From positions 11,196-75,195 of the forward strand of contig CABXTC010000001.1 of NCBI GenBank assembly GCA_902515095.1: a DNA stretch of 64,000 nucleotides. The letters are read 5' to 3'. Shown one piece after another: positions 10,192 through 21,632 of the stretch. The notes beneath the pieces were generated by a model. The model had not been told where the DNA came from, made no database searches, and saw only the letters and a list, made by a program, of their open reading frames with translations. The translations under genes were made by a program, and so were the position numbers. Position 1 is the first letter of the stretch, and each line of letters starts with the position of its first letter. The stretch comes from an uncultured Pelagibacteraceae bacterium. GTDB lineage: Bacteria; Pseudomonadota; Alphaproteobacteria; Pelagibacterales; Pelagibacteraceae.

Positions 10192-11648
10192 TTTAAAGCA
10201 TTTATTAAAGCTTTAGCTTTATTTACAGTTTCCTCATACTCTTTTAAAGGTTTGCTATCAGCAACAATTCCAGCTCCAGCTTGAACATAGAATTTATCTT
10301 TTTTGGCCACAGCTGTTCTTAAAGCTATGCATGTATCAAACTCTCCATTTGCTGAAAAATATCCGATACCACCAGCATAAACTTTTCTCTTAGTTGTTTC
10401 TAATTCATCAATTATTTCCATGGCTCTAATTTTTGGTGCTCCGGAAACAGTGCCAGCAGGAAAACCAGCTAAAAGTGATTTAAACTTTGAAAATTTTTTA
10501 TTATACACACCAATTACATTTGATACTATGTGCATCACATGTGAATATCTTTCAATAGTAAAACTTTCAGTTACTTTAACTGTATTAATTTTTGAAACTT
10601 TACCAGCATCATTTCTTCCCAAATCTAATAACATTAAATGTTCTGAAAGTTCTTTCTTATCTTTAAGAAGATCTTTTTCATAAAAAAGATCTTCCCTAAT
10701 CGATTTACCTCTAGGTCTTGTTCCAGCAATTGGTCTTACAGTTATTTTATTGTCTCTAAGTCTTACTAGTATCTCTGGGCTTGCACCAATTATTTGAAAA
10801 TCACTAAAATTAAAAAAAAACATAAAAGGAGATGGGTTAGTTACTCTTAATTTTTTATATATATCTAAAGGTTTTTTTGTTAATTTCGCTTCAAATCTTT
10901 GACTTAAAACCACCTGAAAAATATCACCTATTTTTATATAATTTTTAGCTTTATCAACAATTTTTAAGAATTTATTTTTTGATGTATTTGATTTAACTTT
11001 AATATCTTTCAGTTTCGCAGGAGACCTGTCATTGTTATTTTTAATTGATGATAGAATTAATAATTTTAAAAGCTCTGATTTAATCTCATTATATTTTTTT
11101 TGATAATTTTTAATTTTTTCATCTTTAAAGATATTTCTTATAAAGAATATTTCTTTTTTTAAATTGTCATGTATAATAAGTGTTCTTGGACGCAAAAGTC
11201 TTACATCAGGTAAATTTAGATCATCTCTGCAATTATTAGGAATTTTCTCTACATATCTTATTGAGTCATATGAGAAATATCCTGAAATTAGAGAGCAAAT
11301 TTTTGGTAAACTTTTAGGAGTTTCAAACTTAAATTCTTCAATTATTTTTTCAATTAGATTTTCTGGTTTGTCTTTTAATTTAGTCTTTTTTTTATTTTGT
11401 ATTAAGTAAGAATTTTTATTATTGAATTCCCATATTTTATCAGGATTTTTTCCAAAAATTGTATATCTCCCCTTAATTTTGCCCTTCTCTACAGACTCAA
11501 ATATAAAGCTATTCTTCTCATCTAAAAAATTATCAATTAAATTTAAAATTTCTTTATCATCTTTAATTTTTTTTGAAGTATATATAATTTGATTTTCTTT
11601 GCTTCTATGTCGAAACTTAAAATCTTTGAAGCTTCGATTTATGTTCAT
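10188..11648 (-). CDS. trpE: Anthranilate synthase component I
   Basis: FIFESVE, GDIFQVVLSQR, GASPE, PIAGTRPRG, PAGTVSGAPK, QAGAGIVADS. Confidence 0.97.
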   Translation of the reverse strand: MNINRSFKDFKFRHRSKENQIIYTSKKIKDDKEILNLIDNFLDEKNSFIFESVEKGKIKGRYTIFGKNPDKIWEFNNKNSYLIQNKKKTKLKDKPENLIEKIIEEFKFETPKSLPKICSLISGYFSYDSIRYVEKIPNNCRDDLNLPDVRLLRPRTLIIHDNLKKEIFFIRNIFKDEKIKNYQKKYNEIKSELLKLLILSSIKNNNDRSPAKLKDIKVKSNTSKNKFLKIVDKAKNYIKIGDIFQVVLSQRFEAKLTKKPLDIYKKLRVTNPSPFMFFFNFSDFQIIGASPEILVRLRDNKITVRPIAGTRPRGKSIREDLFYEKDLLKDKKELSEHLMLLDLGRNDAGKVSKINTVKVTESFTIERYSHVMHIVSNVIGVYNKKFSKFKSLLAGFPAGTVSGAPKIRAMEIIDELETTKRKVYAGGIGYFSANGEFDTCIALRTAVAKKDKFYVQAGAGIVADSKPLKEYEETVNKAKALINALK

Positions 11649-13060
11649 TGAAAGAAATTTTTTACTCGTTCTATTGTTTTTTGATTTAAAACTACATCAT
11701 ATCTACTATTAAGATAAAGATCATAAGATTTTAGCATATTATTCTTCAAATTTGAATTTAGTTTAATAATATACTCATTCATCTTTTTGTCATTTTCAGC
11801 CGTTTTATTTTGAAAGCTTATAACTTTAGCTAGAAAAATATTCTCTTTCTCATCGTTTATTAAAGTGAAAGAATTTTTAGGTAATGAGTATAATAGTTCT
11901 ACTGCATTTATATCAAATTTTTTATTATCTTTGATTGAATTTAATTTTGTTGTTTTGATATTACTTTGTCCCATTTTTATGAAATCATCATTATTAAATT
12001 TTCTATCTCTAATTTTTTCCAATAATGTTCTGTTGTAATCAAACTTATTTTTTTGAAAGACTAAATTTAAGATTTCTTCTTTAGTTTGAATATTTGTCAT
12101 ATCTGGTTGTCGTTGTTCAATTTTTTCAATTTTATATAGAACATAATTATCACCATCTTCAAATATATCGTAATCACTATTTCTTAAATCATATATTTTT
12201 TTTTCAATATTATTTTTTTCTGAAGAAAATATAAAATCTTTTACTTTAATTGATTTTAAATTAAGGTCAGAAATTATATTTTTAAATGGAATTTCGTTAG
12301 ATATATCTACTTCTATCTGATCAATTTTATCAAAAAAAGATTGATTAAACTCACTTACACCTATTAGATTATTGGGATTAATTATAGAATAACTAAAATT
12401 TAGATATTCTACTTTTAAATCATCTTTGTTTTCATCTAAAAATTTCCTTAAATCGTTGTCAGTAAAACTATCTTTTTTTTTATAAAAATTATTTAAATCA
12501 ATATAATCAATTTCTAATTTTTTATTTTCTTCTTCATATAATTTTTTTACTAAAAATTCTGGAGAAATAGTTCCAGATCCTATAAAATCGAAAAGGTTTT
12601 TTTGTAATTCTCGTTTCTTCAAACGAGCTTCAAATTGAGGAGCTGATTGATTATTCTCAAGTAAAAATTTCTCATATTTTAATCTTTGAAAATTTCCATT
12701 TTCATCTAAAAAATTTTTATTTTCTTTTATTAATTTTAGCATTGTGTCTTTAGAAATTATTAAATTATGATCCTCAATTTCTAAATTTAAAATCTCGGTT
12801 GAAACTAATCCAGATAATAATTCCTCAATAATATTATTGTTCAAATTTTCTCTTATAGTCTCTTGCGGTATCCCAGAGGTATTCAAGTAGTCAATGAACT
12901 CTTGTGTTGAAATATTTGACTTATTAATTTTTACTATTGTATTTGAGTTCCCACTGCTGAACATACTTCCCATTCCCCAGAAAACAAAAGGAATAATCAT
13001 TATAAAAACTAATATGCCCGCAAACTTTGTTTTGGCAAAATTTCTAAAACTGCTAATCAT
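11645..13060 (-). CDS. ppiD: SurA N-terminal domain / PpiD-like membrane-anchored periplasmic chaperone
   Basis: N-terminal TM (IPFVFWGMGS), SurA_N-like region (ENGNFQRLKYEKFL); same position between tpiA and trpE as in other Alphaproteobacteria. Confidence 0.7.
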   Translation of the reverse strand: MISSFRNFAKTKFAGILVFIMIIPFVFWGMGSMFSSGNSNTIVKINKSNISTQEFIDYLNTSGIPQETIRENLNNNIIEELLSGLVSTEILNLEIEDHNLIISKDTMLKLIKENKNFLDENGNFQRLKYEKFLLENNQSAPQFEARLKKRELQKNLFDFIGSGTISPEFLVKKLYEEENKKLEIDYIDLNNFYKKKDSFTDNDLRKFLDENKDDLKVEYLNFSYSIINPNNLIGVSEFNQSFFDKIDQIEVDISNEIPFKNIISDLNLKSIKVKDFIFSSEKNNIEKKIYDLRNSDYDIFEDGDNYVLYKIEKIEQRQPDMTNIQTKEEILNLVFQKNKFDYNRTLLEKIRDRKFNNDDFIKMGQSNIKTTKLNSIKDNKKFDINAVELLYSLPKNSFTLINDEKENIFLAKVISFQNKTAENDKKMNEYIIKLNSNLKNNMLKSYDLYLNSRYDVVLNQKTIERVKNFFQ

Positions 13061-13116
13061 TACTATATAAATTTATTGATCTATAAAAAGCAAACCTATA
13101 GATTAAATTTTACTAG

Positions 13117-13851
13117 ATGACAAATAAATATATGTATTTTATTGCTAATTGGAAAATGTTTGGTGGTTTAAGTACATTAAATTCACTAGATAAAGTGAGA
13201 AAATTTTTAAAGATTTTTAAAAAACGAAAAAATATTAAAATAATTTATTGTCCACCTAATACATTGATAAATTCAATGGCTAAAAAATTTCATAATTCTC
13301 GAATTGAAGTAGGTGCCCAAAATTGTCATGAAAGTCCAACTTATGGAGCATCCACTGGTTCTATAAATTCATCAATGTTAAAAAGCGTTGGAGCCAAATA
13401 TGTCATACTTGGTCATTCAGAAAATCGTCAATCCGGTGAAACAGATAAATTAATTAATTCTAAGATTAAAGCTGCGTTGAAGTCAGGATTAAAAGTTATT
13501 TTTTGTATTGGTGAAACTTTAACTCAAAAACGAAAAAAAATTACTAAACAAATATTATCAAAACAAATTAAAAAAGGCTTAAGCAGAGTTCAAAAAAAGA
13601 ATATTATAATTGCTTACGAACCAGTTTGGTCTATTGGAACAGGTATTATTCCAAAAACTAATGAACTATTAGGCACCATTGATTTTATTAAAAAAAAAGT
13701 TGAAAATAATAAAATTTTATATGGTGGATCTGTAAATCCAAAAAATATTCATGATTTAAAGTTGATAAATAATTTAGACGGATTTCTTGTTGGAGGTGCC
13801 TCTCAAGATTCCAAAAAATTCATTGATATAATTAAAAAAACGTATAATTAA
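13117..13851 (+). CDS. tpiA: Triosephosphate isomerase
   Basis: ANWKM, GHSENR, AYEPVWSIGTG, LYGGSV, LVGGAS. Confidence 0.97.
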   Translation: MTNKYMYFIANWKMFGGLSTLNSLDKVRKFLKIFKKRKNIKIIYCPPNTLINSMAKKFHNSRIEVGAQNCHESPTYGASTGSINSSMLKSVGAKYVILGHSENRQSGETDKLINSKIKAALKSGLKVIFCIGETLTQKRKKITKQILSKQIKKGLSRVQKKNIIIAYEPVWSIGTGIIPKTNELLGTIDFIKKKVENNKILYGGSVNPKNIHDLKLINNLDGFLVGGASQDSKKFIDIIKKTYN

Positions 13852-13856
13852 CCCCC

Positions 13857-14150
13857 ATGGAAAATATTTTATTAGTACTTAATATTGTCATAGCGTTAAT
13901 ATTGGTTTTATTAGTTTTGATGCAAAAATCTGAGGGAGGAGCTCTTGGAATCGGTGTTTCTCAAGAAAACATGATGTTTTCAAAGTCAGCAGGAAATTTC
14001 ATGACAAAAGCAACTGGTGTTGTTGCAACTCTGTTTATCATATGTAGCTTAGCACTCACAATTGTATCTAGAGGTGATTTAACTCCATCTAGCTCGGTTT
14101 TAGATCAGGTTGAAGAAGATACTCCAACTATTCCAGAAAATAACAATTAA
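13857..14150 (+). CDS. secG: Preprotein translocase subunit SecG
   Basis: Two TMs with LMQKSEGGALG linker; located between tpiA and pyrG. Confidence 0.92.
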   Translation: MENILLVLNIVIALILVLLVLMQKSEGGALGIGVSQENMMFSKSAGNFMTKATGVVATLFIICSLALTIVSRGDLTPSSSVLDQVEEDTPTIPENNN

Positions 14151-14190
14151 TACTTTTCATTTTCTTTTTTATTAGTTATAAGACACTTCC

Positions 14191-15807
14191 ATGGCGCGAT
14201 ATATTTTTGTCACAGGCGGCGTGGTTTCATCTTTAGGAAAAGGTCTTTCGTCAGCTTCACTAGCATATTTGTTAAAATCTCAAGGGTATAAAGTGAGATT
14301 GAGAAAAATGGATCCATATTTAAATGTCGATCCTGGAACAATGAGCCCATTTCAACATGGAGAAGTTTTTGTAACTGATGATGGTGCTGAAACAGACTTA
14401 GATTTAGGTCACTATGAAAGATTTACAAATATATCATCTAAACAATCAGACAATATAACAACAGGTCGTATTTATAGTGATGTGATTAAAAGAGAGAGGA
14501 AGGGAGGATATCTAGGAAAAACTGTTCAAGTTATACCCCACATTACAAATCGAATAAAAGAATTTATTAAAAAAGATATTACAAATGAAGATTTTGTAAT
14601 ATGTGAAATAGGTGGGACAGTTGGAGACATCGAGAGCTTGCCATTTGTGGAAGCTATAAGACAATTTTCGAATGAACATGGAAAATCAAAAACATTATTC
14701 ATTCACTTAACTTTTGTTCCATTTTTAAAATCATCAGATGAAATAAAAACCAAACCTACACAGCATTCTGTCAAAGAGTTAAGAAGTATTGGTATTCAAC
14801 CGGATATAATTATTTGTAGATCTCAACAATCTATACCATTAGACCAAAGAAAAAAGATATCCTTATTTTGTAATGTTCCCATAGATAATGTAATTGAAAC
14901 AGTAGATGTCAGAACAATTTATGAAGCGCCAATTAGTTTTTATAATCAAAAACTTGATAAACAAGTTCTTAAATTCTTTAAACTAAAACCAAAAAAAAGA
15001 GCCAATTTAACCCCTTGGAAAAAAATAACTAACATTGTCTTGAAGACAAAAAAATCAGTAAATATTGCAATAATTGGAAAATATGTAAATTTAAAAGATG
15101 CGTATAAATCCTTGGATGAAGCCGTGGTTCATGGTGGAATTGCAAACAATGTAAAAGTAAATCTAGTAAGGATAGAGTCTGATAACTTAAAAAATGATGA
15201 AATTAAAACAAAACTAAAAAATGTATCAGGATTATTAATACCTGGTGGTTTTGGTAAAAGAGGAACAGAGGGAAAAATCTCAGCAATTAAATATGCTAGA
15301 GAAAATAAGATACCATTTCTTGGTATTTGTTTTGGAATGCAAATGGCTATTGTTGAATTTGCACGAAATAAATTAAAGATTAAAAAAGCAGGATCTACAG
15401 AACTAGACAGAAAATGCTACCCAGTTATTGGTCTGATCAATGAATGGGATAAAAACGGAAAAATAATTAAAGGAACAGACAAAGATTTAGGTGGAACAAT
15501 GAGATTAGGCCTATATGAAGCTAAATTAAAAAATAATTCTGCCATAAATAGAATCTATAAGTCTAGTTCTATTAAAGAAAGACATAGACATAGATATGAA
15601 GTTAACAATAAACTTAAAGATCAATTTGAAAAAAAGGGATTAATTTTTTCAGGAATGTCACCAGATAATAAATTACCAGAAATAATTGAGCTCCAAAATC
15701 ATCCTTGGTTTATAGGCGTTCAATTTCATCCAGAATTTAAATCTAGACCTTTGTCTCCGCATCCTTTATTCTCTTCATTTATCAAGGCATCAAAAAATTA
15801 TAAATGA
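14191..15807 (+). CDS. pyrG: CTP synthase
   Basis: [44 protein letters not shown]. Confidence 0.99.
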   Translation: MARYIFVTGGVVSSLGKGLSSASLAYLLKSQGYKVRLRKMDPYLNVDPGTMSPFQHGEVFVTDDGAETDLDLGHYERFTNISSKQSDNITTGRIYSDVIKRERKGGYLGKTVQVIPHITNRIKEFIKKDITNEDFVICEIGGTVGDIESLPFVEAIRQFSNEHGKSKTLFIHLTFVPFLKSSDEIKTKPTQHSVKELRSIGIQPDIIICRSQQSIPLDQRKKISLFCNVPIDNVIETVDVRTIYEAPISFYNQKLDKQVLKFFKLKPKKRANLTPWKKITNIVLKTKKSVNIAIIGKYVNLKDAYKSLDEAVVHGGIANNVKVNLVRIESDNLKNDEIKTKLKNVSGLLIPGGFGKRGTEGKISAIKYARENKIPFLGICFGMQMAIVEFARNKLKIKKAGSTELDRKCYPVIGLINEWDKNGKIIKGTDKDLGGTMRLGLYEAKLKNNSAINRIYKSSSIKERHRHRYEVNNKLKDQFEKKGLIFSGMSPDNKLPEIIELQNHPWFIGVQFHPEFKSRPLSPHPLFSSFIKASKNYK

Positions 15808-16631
15808 GTAGCATCAAAGTAAATTGTAATAAAATAGAAATCTCAAACGATAGTAAATTATGTATCATTGCAGGTCCTTGCCAGCTTGAAACTGAACAAC
15901 ATGCAATGGATATGGCAGGTAAAATACAGGATATTACTAAGAAATTTGGTGTTGGATTTATTTACAAAACATCCTTTGACAAAGCTAATAGAACAAGTCT
16001 TAAAGGCAAAAGAGGAGCAGGCTTAGATGCCTCTCTTCCAATTTTTGATAAGATAAAGAAAGAACTCGATGTACCAATTTTAACCGATATACACAACATT
16101 GAACAATGTTCAATAGTTGCAAGCCATGTGGATGTTTTACAAATACCAGCTTTTTTATGTCGTCAAACTGATCTATTAGTTGCTGCTGCCAAAACAAATA
16201 AGATTATCAATGTTAAAAAGGGGCAATTTTTAGCGCCGTGGGATATGGTCAATGTAACAAAAAAAATTTCGGACTCTGGAAATAAAAATATTTTAGTTAC
16301 CGAAAGAGGTGCTAGTTTTGGTTACAATACTTTAGTATCAGATATGAGAGCATTGCCCATCATGGCAAAAAATGGTTACCCAGTTATTTTTGATGCTACA
16401 CATTCTGTGCAACAACCAGGTGGGCTTGGTGAAAAAAGTGGAGGTCAACGAGAATTTGTAGAGTACTTAGCAAGAGCTGCAGTTGCCGTAGGTGTTGCGG
16501 GTGTTTTTATAGAAACTCATCAAGATCCTGATAACGCTCCATCGGATGGTCCCAATATGGTGCCATTAGATAAATTGGAAAATTTATTAAGACAATTAAA
16601 TGATATAGATAATTTAATAAAAAATAAGTGA
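15804..16631 (+). CDS. kdsA: KDO 8-phosphate synthase (metal-dependent type)
   Basis: [36 protein letters not shown]. Confidence 0.97.
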   Translation: MSSIKVNCNKIEISNDSKLCIIAGPCQLETEQHAMDMAGKIQDITKKFGVGFIYKTSFDKANRTSLKGKRGAGLDASLPIFDKIKKELDVPILTDIHNIEQCSIVASHVDVLQIPAFLCRQTDLLVAAAKTNKIINVKKGQFLAPWDMVNVTKKISDSGNKNILVTERGASFGYNTLVSDMRALPIMAKNGYPVIFDATHSVQQPGGLGEKSGGQREFVEYLARAAVAVGVAGVFIETHQDPDNAPSDGPNMVPLDKLENLLRQLNDIDNLIKNK

Positions 16632-17884
16632 GTAAAATAACAAAAGTAAAAGCCCGTCAAGTTTATGATAGTAGAGGCAATCCAACAATCGAAGCTGAAG
16701 TTTTTACAAAAAATAAAAGTGCTAAAGCAATATGCCCTTCTGGAGCATCAACAGGAACTTATGAAGCTTTTGAAAAAAGAGATATAAATAATAAAAGTTA
16801 TTTAGGAAAAAGTGTTTTAAGCGCAGTTAAGATAATAAATTCAAAAATCTCAAAAAAATTAAAAGGTCAGAATATTCATAATCAAGAAAAGATAGATGCT
16901 TTAATGATAAATTTAGATGGCACAAAACAAAAAATTAAATTAGGAGCCAATTCTATTTTAGCTGTTTCGATTGCAGTTAAAAAACTTTCTGCAAAAGTAA
17001 GAAATTTGCCATTATATAAAACTTTTTTTGTGAAAAAAAATTTTAGATTACCATTTCCTTTAATGAATATAATAAATGGTGGAGCACATGCAAATAATGA
17101 ATTGAGAATACAAGAATTTATGATTAGACCTGATCGCGCAAAAAGTTTTTCTGAGTCAATGAGAATTTGTTTCTTAGTAATAAAGAATTTAAGTAAACTC
17201 ATAAAAGACAAAGGTTTATCCACTTCAGTTGGCGATGAAGGGGGATTTGCTCCAATGATAAATAATAACAATCAAGCTCTAGATTTAATTGTAAAAGCTA
17301 TTAAAAAATCAGGTTTTATAAATGGTAAAGATGTATCAATTTGTTTGGATGTAGCAGCCAATGAGCTGTTCAAAAAAAATAAATATTCTATACATTCTAA
17401 AAAATATGTTTCTGTAGAGAAATCTATTCAAGAATATAAAAAAATAATCCAAAAATACAAAATTAAATCAATAGAAGATCCTTTTGCTGAGAATGATTGG
17501 AATTCTTGGAATAAGTTAATGAAGTCAACTGATACAATACAAATTGTAGGAGATGATCTGTATGTAACTAACCTTGAAAGACTTAAAAAGGGATTTCTTA
17601 ACTTATCATCTAATGCAATATTGATAAAACTAAATCAAATAGGTACAGTTTCTGAAACATTGGAAGTAATAAAATTTGCACAAATAATTGGATTTAAAAC
17701 GATTATTTCCCACAGATCAGGTGATAGCGAAGATACTTTTATCGCAGATTTAGCAGTAGGCACTAATTCTAATCAAATTAAAACTGGATCTTTGGCCCGA
17801 TCAGAAAGAGTGGCAAAATACAATCAATTAATACGTATAGAAGAAGAACTTGGAAAAAAAGGTAGAATGAATAAGATTCATTGA
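16628..17884 (+). CDS. eno: Enolase
   Basis: [45 protein letters not shown]; GTG start. Confidence 0.98.
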   Translation: MSKITKVKARQVYDSRGNPTIEAEVFTKNKSAKAICPSGASTGTYEAFEKRDINNKSYLGKSVLSAVKIINSKISKKLKGQNIHNQEKIDALMINLDGTKQKIKLGANSILAVSIAVKKLSAKVRNLPLYKTFFVKKNFRLPFPLMNIINGGAHANNELRIQEFMIRPDRAKSFSESMRICFLVIKNLSKLIKDKGLSTSVGDEGGFAPMINNNNQALDLIVKAIKKSGFINGKDVSICLDVAANELFKKNKYSIHSKKYVSVEKSIQEYKKIIQKYKIKSIEDPFAENDWNSWNKLMKSTDTIQIVGDDLYVTNLERLKKGFLNLSSNAILIKLNQIGTVSETLEVIKFAQIIGFKTIISHRSGDSEDTFIADLAVGTNSNQIKTGSLARSERVAKYNQLIRIEEELGKKGRMNKIH

Positions 17885-18183
17885 TGCTCAAAAAATTAAA
17901 AAATAATTATTTCTTACTAGTATCTATCTTCTTAATTCTGTATTTTTTCTTTAATCTTTTATCTGGTCAAAGAGGTTTATTTTCATACTTTGAAAAAAAA
18001 AAAATCTTAAATGATTCAAAAAATAAGGAATTATCATTGTTAGATCAAATAAATGACTTGGATTTTAAAAATTCATTATTAGGTGACAATCTGGATCTTG
18101 ATTATGTTGAAACATTGATTAGAGAAAGATTCCTATTTGGCAAAAAAAGTGAAAAAATTTATATAATTAAAAAAAATGACTAA
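17881..18183 (+). CDS. ftsB: Septum formation initiator FtsB/DivIC
   Basis: N-terminal TM, GQRG, coiled coil, [15 protein letters not shown]; directly after eno. Confidence 0.85.
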   Translation: MMLKKLKNNYFLLVSIFLILYFFFNLLSGQRGLFSYFEKKKILNDSKNKELSLLDQINDLDFKNSLLGDNLDLDYVETLIRERFLFGKKSEKIYIIKKND

Positions 18184-19108
18184 AAAATTAAAACCAAGAC
18201 ATCCAGAAAAAATTAATAATCCTGTAAACCCAATTAAAAAAAAACCAGAATGGATAAGGTCAAAATTAATAAATAGTAAAGAATTTTTTATTACAAAAAC
18301 AGTTGTAAATAAAAGTAATCTTGTAACTGTTTGCCAAGAGGCTAACTGTCCTAATATTTCTGAGTGTTGGAGCAAGAGACATGCTACATTTATGATAATG
18401 GGAGACACATGTACTAGAGCGTGTGCTTTTTGTGATGTTAAAACTGGTAAACCTGAAAAATTAGATCCATTTGAGGATATTAAGATAGCTAATGCAGTAA
18501 AAAAACTAAATTTAAGACATGTTGTTATTACCTCAGTAGACAGAGATGATTTATCTGACGGTGGTTCAAATCATTTTAAGAAAGTTGTTGATACTACAAG
18601 AAAAAAAAATCCAAATACTACAATAGAAGTTTTAACTCCTGACTTTTTAAGAAAAGGCGACTCTTATAAAAAAATACTTGAAGCAGATTTGGATGTTTTT
18701 AATCATAATATAGAAACAGTACCTAGACTTTATGTAAAAGTAAGACCCGGTGCTAGATATTTTGCATCACTGGAGCTTTTAAAAAATGCAAAAAAAAACA
18801 ATGATAAAATTTTTACTAAATCTGGAATTATGGTTGGTCTCGGTGAAGAACATGATGAAATTATCCAAGTTATGGACGACCTAAGATCTGCAAATGTTGA
18901 TTTTATTACTATTGGTCAATATCTTCAACCTTCCGTCAAGCACCATCCTTTAGAACGATATTATCATCCAAATGAATTTAAAGATTTAGAGTTAATTGCA
19001 AAGTCTAAAGGTTTTTTATTAGTTTCTTCTTCACCTTTAACAAGGTCTTCTTATCATGCAGATGAAGATTTTGCTAAGTTACAACAGAATAGAATCAACA
19101 GACATTAA
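18176..19108 (+). CDS. lipA: Lipoyl synthase
   Basis: [12 protein letters not shown] (CX4CX5C), CTRACAFC (radical SAM), RSSY. Confidence 0.98.
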   Translation: MTKKLKPRHPEKINNPVNPIKKKPEWIRSKLINSKEFFITKTVVNKSNLVTVCQEANCPNISECWSKRHATFMIMGDTCTRACAFCDVKTGKPEKLDPFEDIKIANAVKKLNLRHVVITSVDRDDLSDGGSNHFKKVVDTTRKKNPNTTIEVLTPDFLRKGDSYKKILEADLDVFNHNIETVPRLYVKVRPGARYFASLELLKNAKKNNDKIFTKSGIMVGLGEEHDEIIQVMDDLRSANVDFITIGQYLQPSVKHHPLERYYHPNEFKDLELIAKSKGFLLVSSSPLTRSSYHADEDFAKLQQNRINRH

Positions 19109-19566
19109 TGCCCAAAGCTTCAGTTAGGCGATTAATTAAATGTAAAAAACAAGATCTAATATCTTTAGTTTTAGATATTGAAAAATATCCTGAGTTTGTA
19201 CCTTTTTGTTTTGATGCAAAAATTTACAAAAATAAAAAAGAGGGCGACTTAACTAAGATAATAGCTGATTTAACAATTGGTAAAGGACCATTCAAAGATA
19301 CATATAAAAGTGATGTATTATTTAATGAATCAAAAGACATAATATTTGTAAAAAATATTGAGGGGCCTTTAAATCACCTGTCTAATAATTGGACGTTTAC
19401 TGATAAGAATGATGATATTACTGAAGTAACATTTGACATTGATTTTGAAATTAAAAATAAATTTTTAAACTCTTTGATGATAGTTTCTTTTCAATTCGGA
19501 TTAGAGAAAATTGCTGACGCTTTCCAGAAAAGAGCAGAAAATTTATTTGGTAGCATCAAGAATTAA
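19108..19566 (+). CDS. ratA: RatA/PasT/Coq10-family START-domain protein
   Basis: LVLDIEKYPEFVPFC, GPLNHLSNNWTF, FDIDFE; follows lipA as in other Alphaproteobacteria. Confidence 0.85.
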   Translation: MPKASVRRLIKCKKQDLISLVLDIEKYPEFVPFCFDAKIYKNKKEGDLTKIIADLTIGKGPFKDTYKSDVLFNESKDIIFVKNIEGPLNHLSNNWTFTDKNDDITEVTFDIDFEIKNKFLNSLMIVSFQFGLEKIADAFQKRAENLFGSIKN

Positions 19567-20004
19567 ATTTAAAGCTTTTTTTACTGTAGCTTTTTGTATT
19601 GATGATCTATTTTTACCTTTAAATAAACATTTATTTATTCTTATTTTATTACCTTTTTTTACCCCAATATAGACTAAGCCCACAGGCTTTTGTTTTGAAC
19701 CACCTTTTGGTCCTGCTATACCAGTTATTGATATATTTATATGAGCCTTTGAGATTTTAGATAAATTATAAACCATTGCCAGACAGCATTGATGACTTAC
19801 CGCTCCATATTTTTTAATTATATTTTTGTTAATCTTCAATATCCTTATTTTAGCTTGATTTGAATACGTAACCAATCCTAAGTTAAATATTTTCGATGCA
19901 CCACTAATTGAAGTAACAGTGCTAGCTAATAGTCCTCCTGTGCAAGACTCCGCAAAAGAAATCTTTAGTTTTTTTTTAGTTAATATTCTTATTAAAGACT
20001 TCAT
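19543..20004 (-). CDS. pncC: CinA C-terminal domain protein (NMN deamidase PncC)
   Basis: AESCTGG, TYSNQAK, SITGIAGPKGG, KPVGLVYIG. Confidence 0.9.
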   Translation of the reverse strand: MKSLIRILTKKKLKISFAESCTGGLLASTVTSISGASKIFNLGLVTYSNQAKIRILKINKNIIKKYGAVSHQCCLAMVYNLSKISKAHINISITGIAGPKGGSKQKPVGLVYIGVKKGNKIRINKCLFKGKNRSSIQKATVKKALNLILDATK

Positions 20005-20507
20005 TAGATAAAATAATTATTTAAAACCATAAATAGAATCAAAGATAAAACAACATAAAATCCTGCACAAACATCATCCATGATTACACCAAAACTATTT
20101 TTAAAATTTTTATCAAAAAAACTTACCGGGAAGGGTTTAACTATGTCAAAAAATCTAAATAATACAAAGCAAATACCGTAAAAAATTATAGCCTCATCAG
20201 GAGACTTTTGTGTACCGTGTGAAATTTCATAAAGATATAATGGAATAGATTGACCAATGAATTCATCAATTATAATTTCCTTTGGATCTTTATTTTCATT
20301 TTCTTTAATATGTTCTGCAATAGAATAAAATGAAAAAATAAAAATAATCATGAAAACTATGAGTATTATATTTGAGGATATTTCCATTATATGAAAGAAA
20401 AAATATAGAAGAGCTGCTGTAACAAGAGACCCAATTGTACCTGGGATTTTTGAAATTTTTCCTAACCCAAACATTGTAACAAATAGAGTATTTAAAGTTT
20501 TAATCAT
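20004..20507 (-). CDS. pgpA: Phosphatidylglycerophosphatase A
   Basis: PGTIGS, DPKEIIIDEFIG, FRFFDIVKPFP, GVIMDD. Confidence 0.95.
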   Translation of the reverse strand: MIKTLNTLFVTMFGLGKISKIPGTIGSLVTAALLYFFFHIMEISSNIILIVFMIIFIFSFYSIAEHIKENENKDPKEIIIDEFIGQSIPLYLYEISHGTQKSPDEAIIFYGICFVLFRFFDIVKPFPVSFFDKNFKNSFGVIMDDVCAGFYVVLSLILFMVLNNYFI

Positions 20508-21606
20508 GTTTTGTAATTGAAATTATTACTTCACAAGCAATTGCTTTTTCTTTTCCTATTAAACCTAATTTCTCAACCGTTTTACCCTTAAGATTAATTA
20601 GACTTTTATCTAAATTCATTAGTTTTGATATTGAATTTATAATCTTATCTCTATATTTAGAAACTTTTGGTTGTTCACATATTAGATTTATATCCAGATT
20701 ATTGATAGAAAAATTTGATCTATTAAAACTATCCATGATTGGCTTTAACATTTTTGGAGATCTTATATTCTGATATTTTTTTGTGTTAGGAAAGTAAGTT
20801 CCAATATCTTTTTTTCTTAAAGCACCAAGAATTGAGTCAATTATGGCATGAATAATTACATCTCCATCTGAATGACCTTTAAGACCGGAATGAAAAGGAA
20901 TTCTAATTCCGCCTAAATAAAGTTTTTTATTTCTAATTAACCTATGTAAATCAAAACCCAAACCAAAATATGTTTTTGGAATATTTATGTCATTAAAATA
21001 AGTGATTTTATTATTCTTAACTTCTCCAGGTATAAACTTAATTTTATAGTTTTTTTCAACAAACAGAGTTGCTTCATCATTAACTTTATTTTTTTGTTTG
21101 ACAGCAAGTTCAAATAAATATTCAAATCTAAAAGCTTGGGGTGTTTGTGTTAAAAAAGAATTTTCTCTATTGAGATTAAATATTTGATTTTTGATCTTAT
21201 ATTTAATGGCGTCTATTGAATTTATAGTGGGCACAACTGCTATATTTTTTTTTAGACTTTTTGCCAAATTTTTTAATAATTTTATCGAAAAATTTGGTCT
21301 AGCTGCATCATGTATAAAGACATTTTTTGGTTTAAATCTTTTAAGATATTTCAGAGCAAGTAAAGATGAGTCCGATCTTTCTCTGCCACCACTAATAATC
21401 TTTATTGATTTATGGTATTTCTTTTTTTTAAGATGTTTTGGATTATTGGTAACAATTACTATCTTCTTAAAAAGCTTAGAATTTAATGATTTATCAATTG
21501 AATGATCAATAATTTCTTTATTTTTATAGATATATAATTGCTTATGTTTTTTTTTATTAAATCTACTACTTTTTCCAGCTGCTAATATTACAAAATAGTT
21601 GTTCAT
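20500..21606 (-). CDS. ispDF: Bifunctional IspD/IspF (MEP pathway)
   Basis: IspD: ILAAG, GGRERSDS, HDAARP, QTPQ. IspF: GFDLH, GHSDGDVIIHAIIDSILGA. Confidence 0.95.
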   Translation of the reverse strand: MNNYFVILAAGKSSRFNKKKHKQLYIYKNKEIIDHSIDKSLNSKLFKKIVIVTNNPKHLKKKKYHKSIKIISGGRERSDSSLLALKYLKRFKPKNVFIHDAARPNFSIKLLKNLAKSLKKNIAVVPTINSIDAIKYKIKNQIFNLNRENSFLTQTPQAFRFEYLFELAVKQKNKVNDEATLFVEKNYKIKFIPGEVKNNKITYFNDINIPKTYFGLGFDLHRLIRNKKLYLGGIRIPFHSGLKGHSDGDVIIHAIIDSILGALRKKDIGTYFPNTKKYQNIRSPKMLKPIMDSFNRSNFSINNLDINLICEQPKVSKYRDKIINSISKLMNLDKSLINLKGKTVEKLGLIGKEKAIACEVIISITKHD

Positions 21607-21632
21607 TTGATTAAATGCTATAATTCTAAAAC

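Noticed and set aside
13079-13103. ATCTATA-N11-TATAGAT inverted repeat in the ppiD/tpiA divergent gap
   Set aside because: A 7-bp AT-rich arm is within chance expectation, and no candidate regulator is apparent.
13117-17884. Very Lys-rich, drifted TpiA and enolase suspected of being pseudogenes
   Set aside because: Frames are intact and catalytic motifs are present; consistent with AT mutational bias.
19108-19566. RatA read as a toxin-antitoxin toxin
   Set aside because: The family is better explained as a Coq10-like ubiquinone-binding protein; no antitoxin partner, and the conserved lipA context fits housekeeping.
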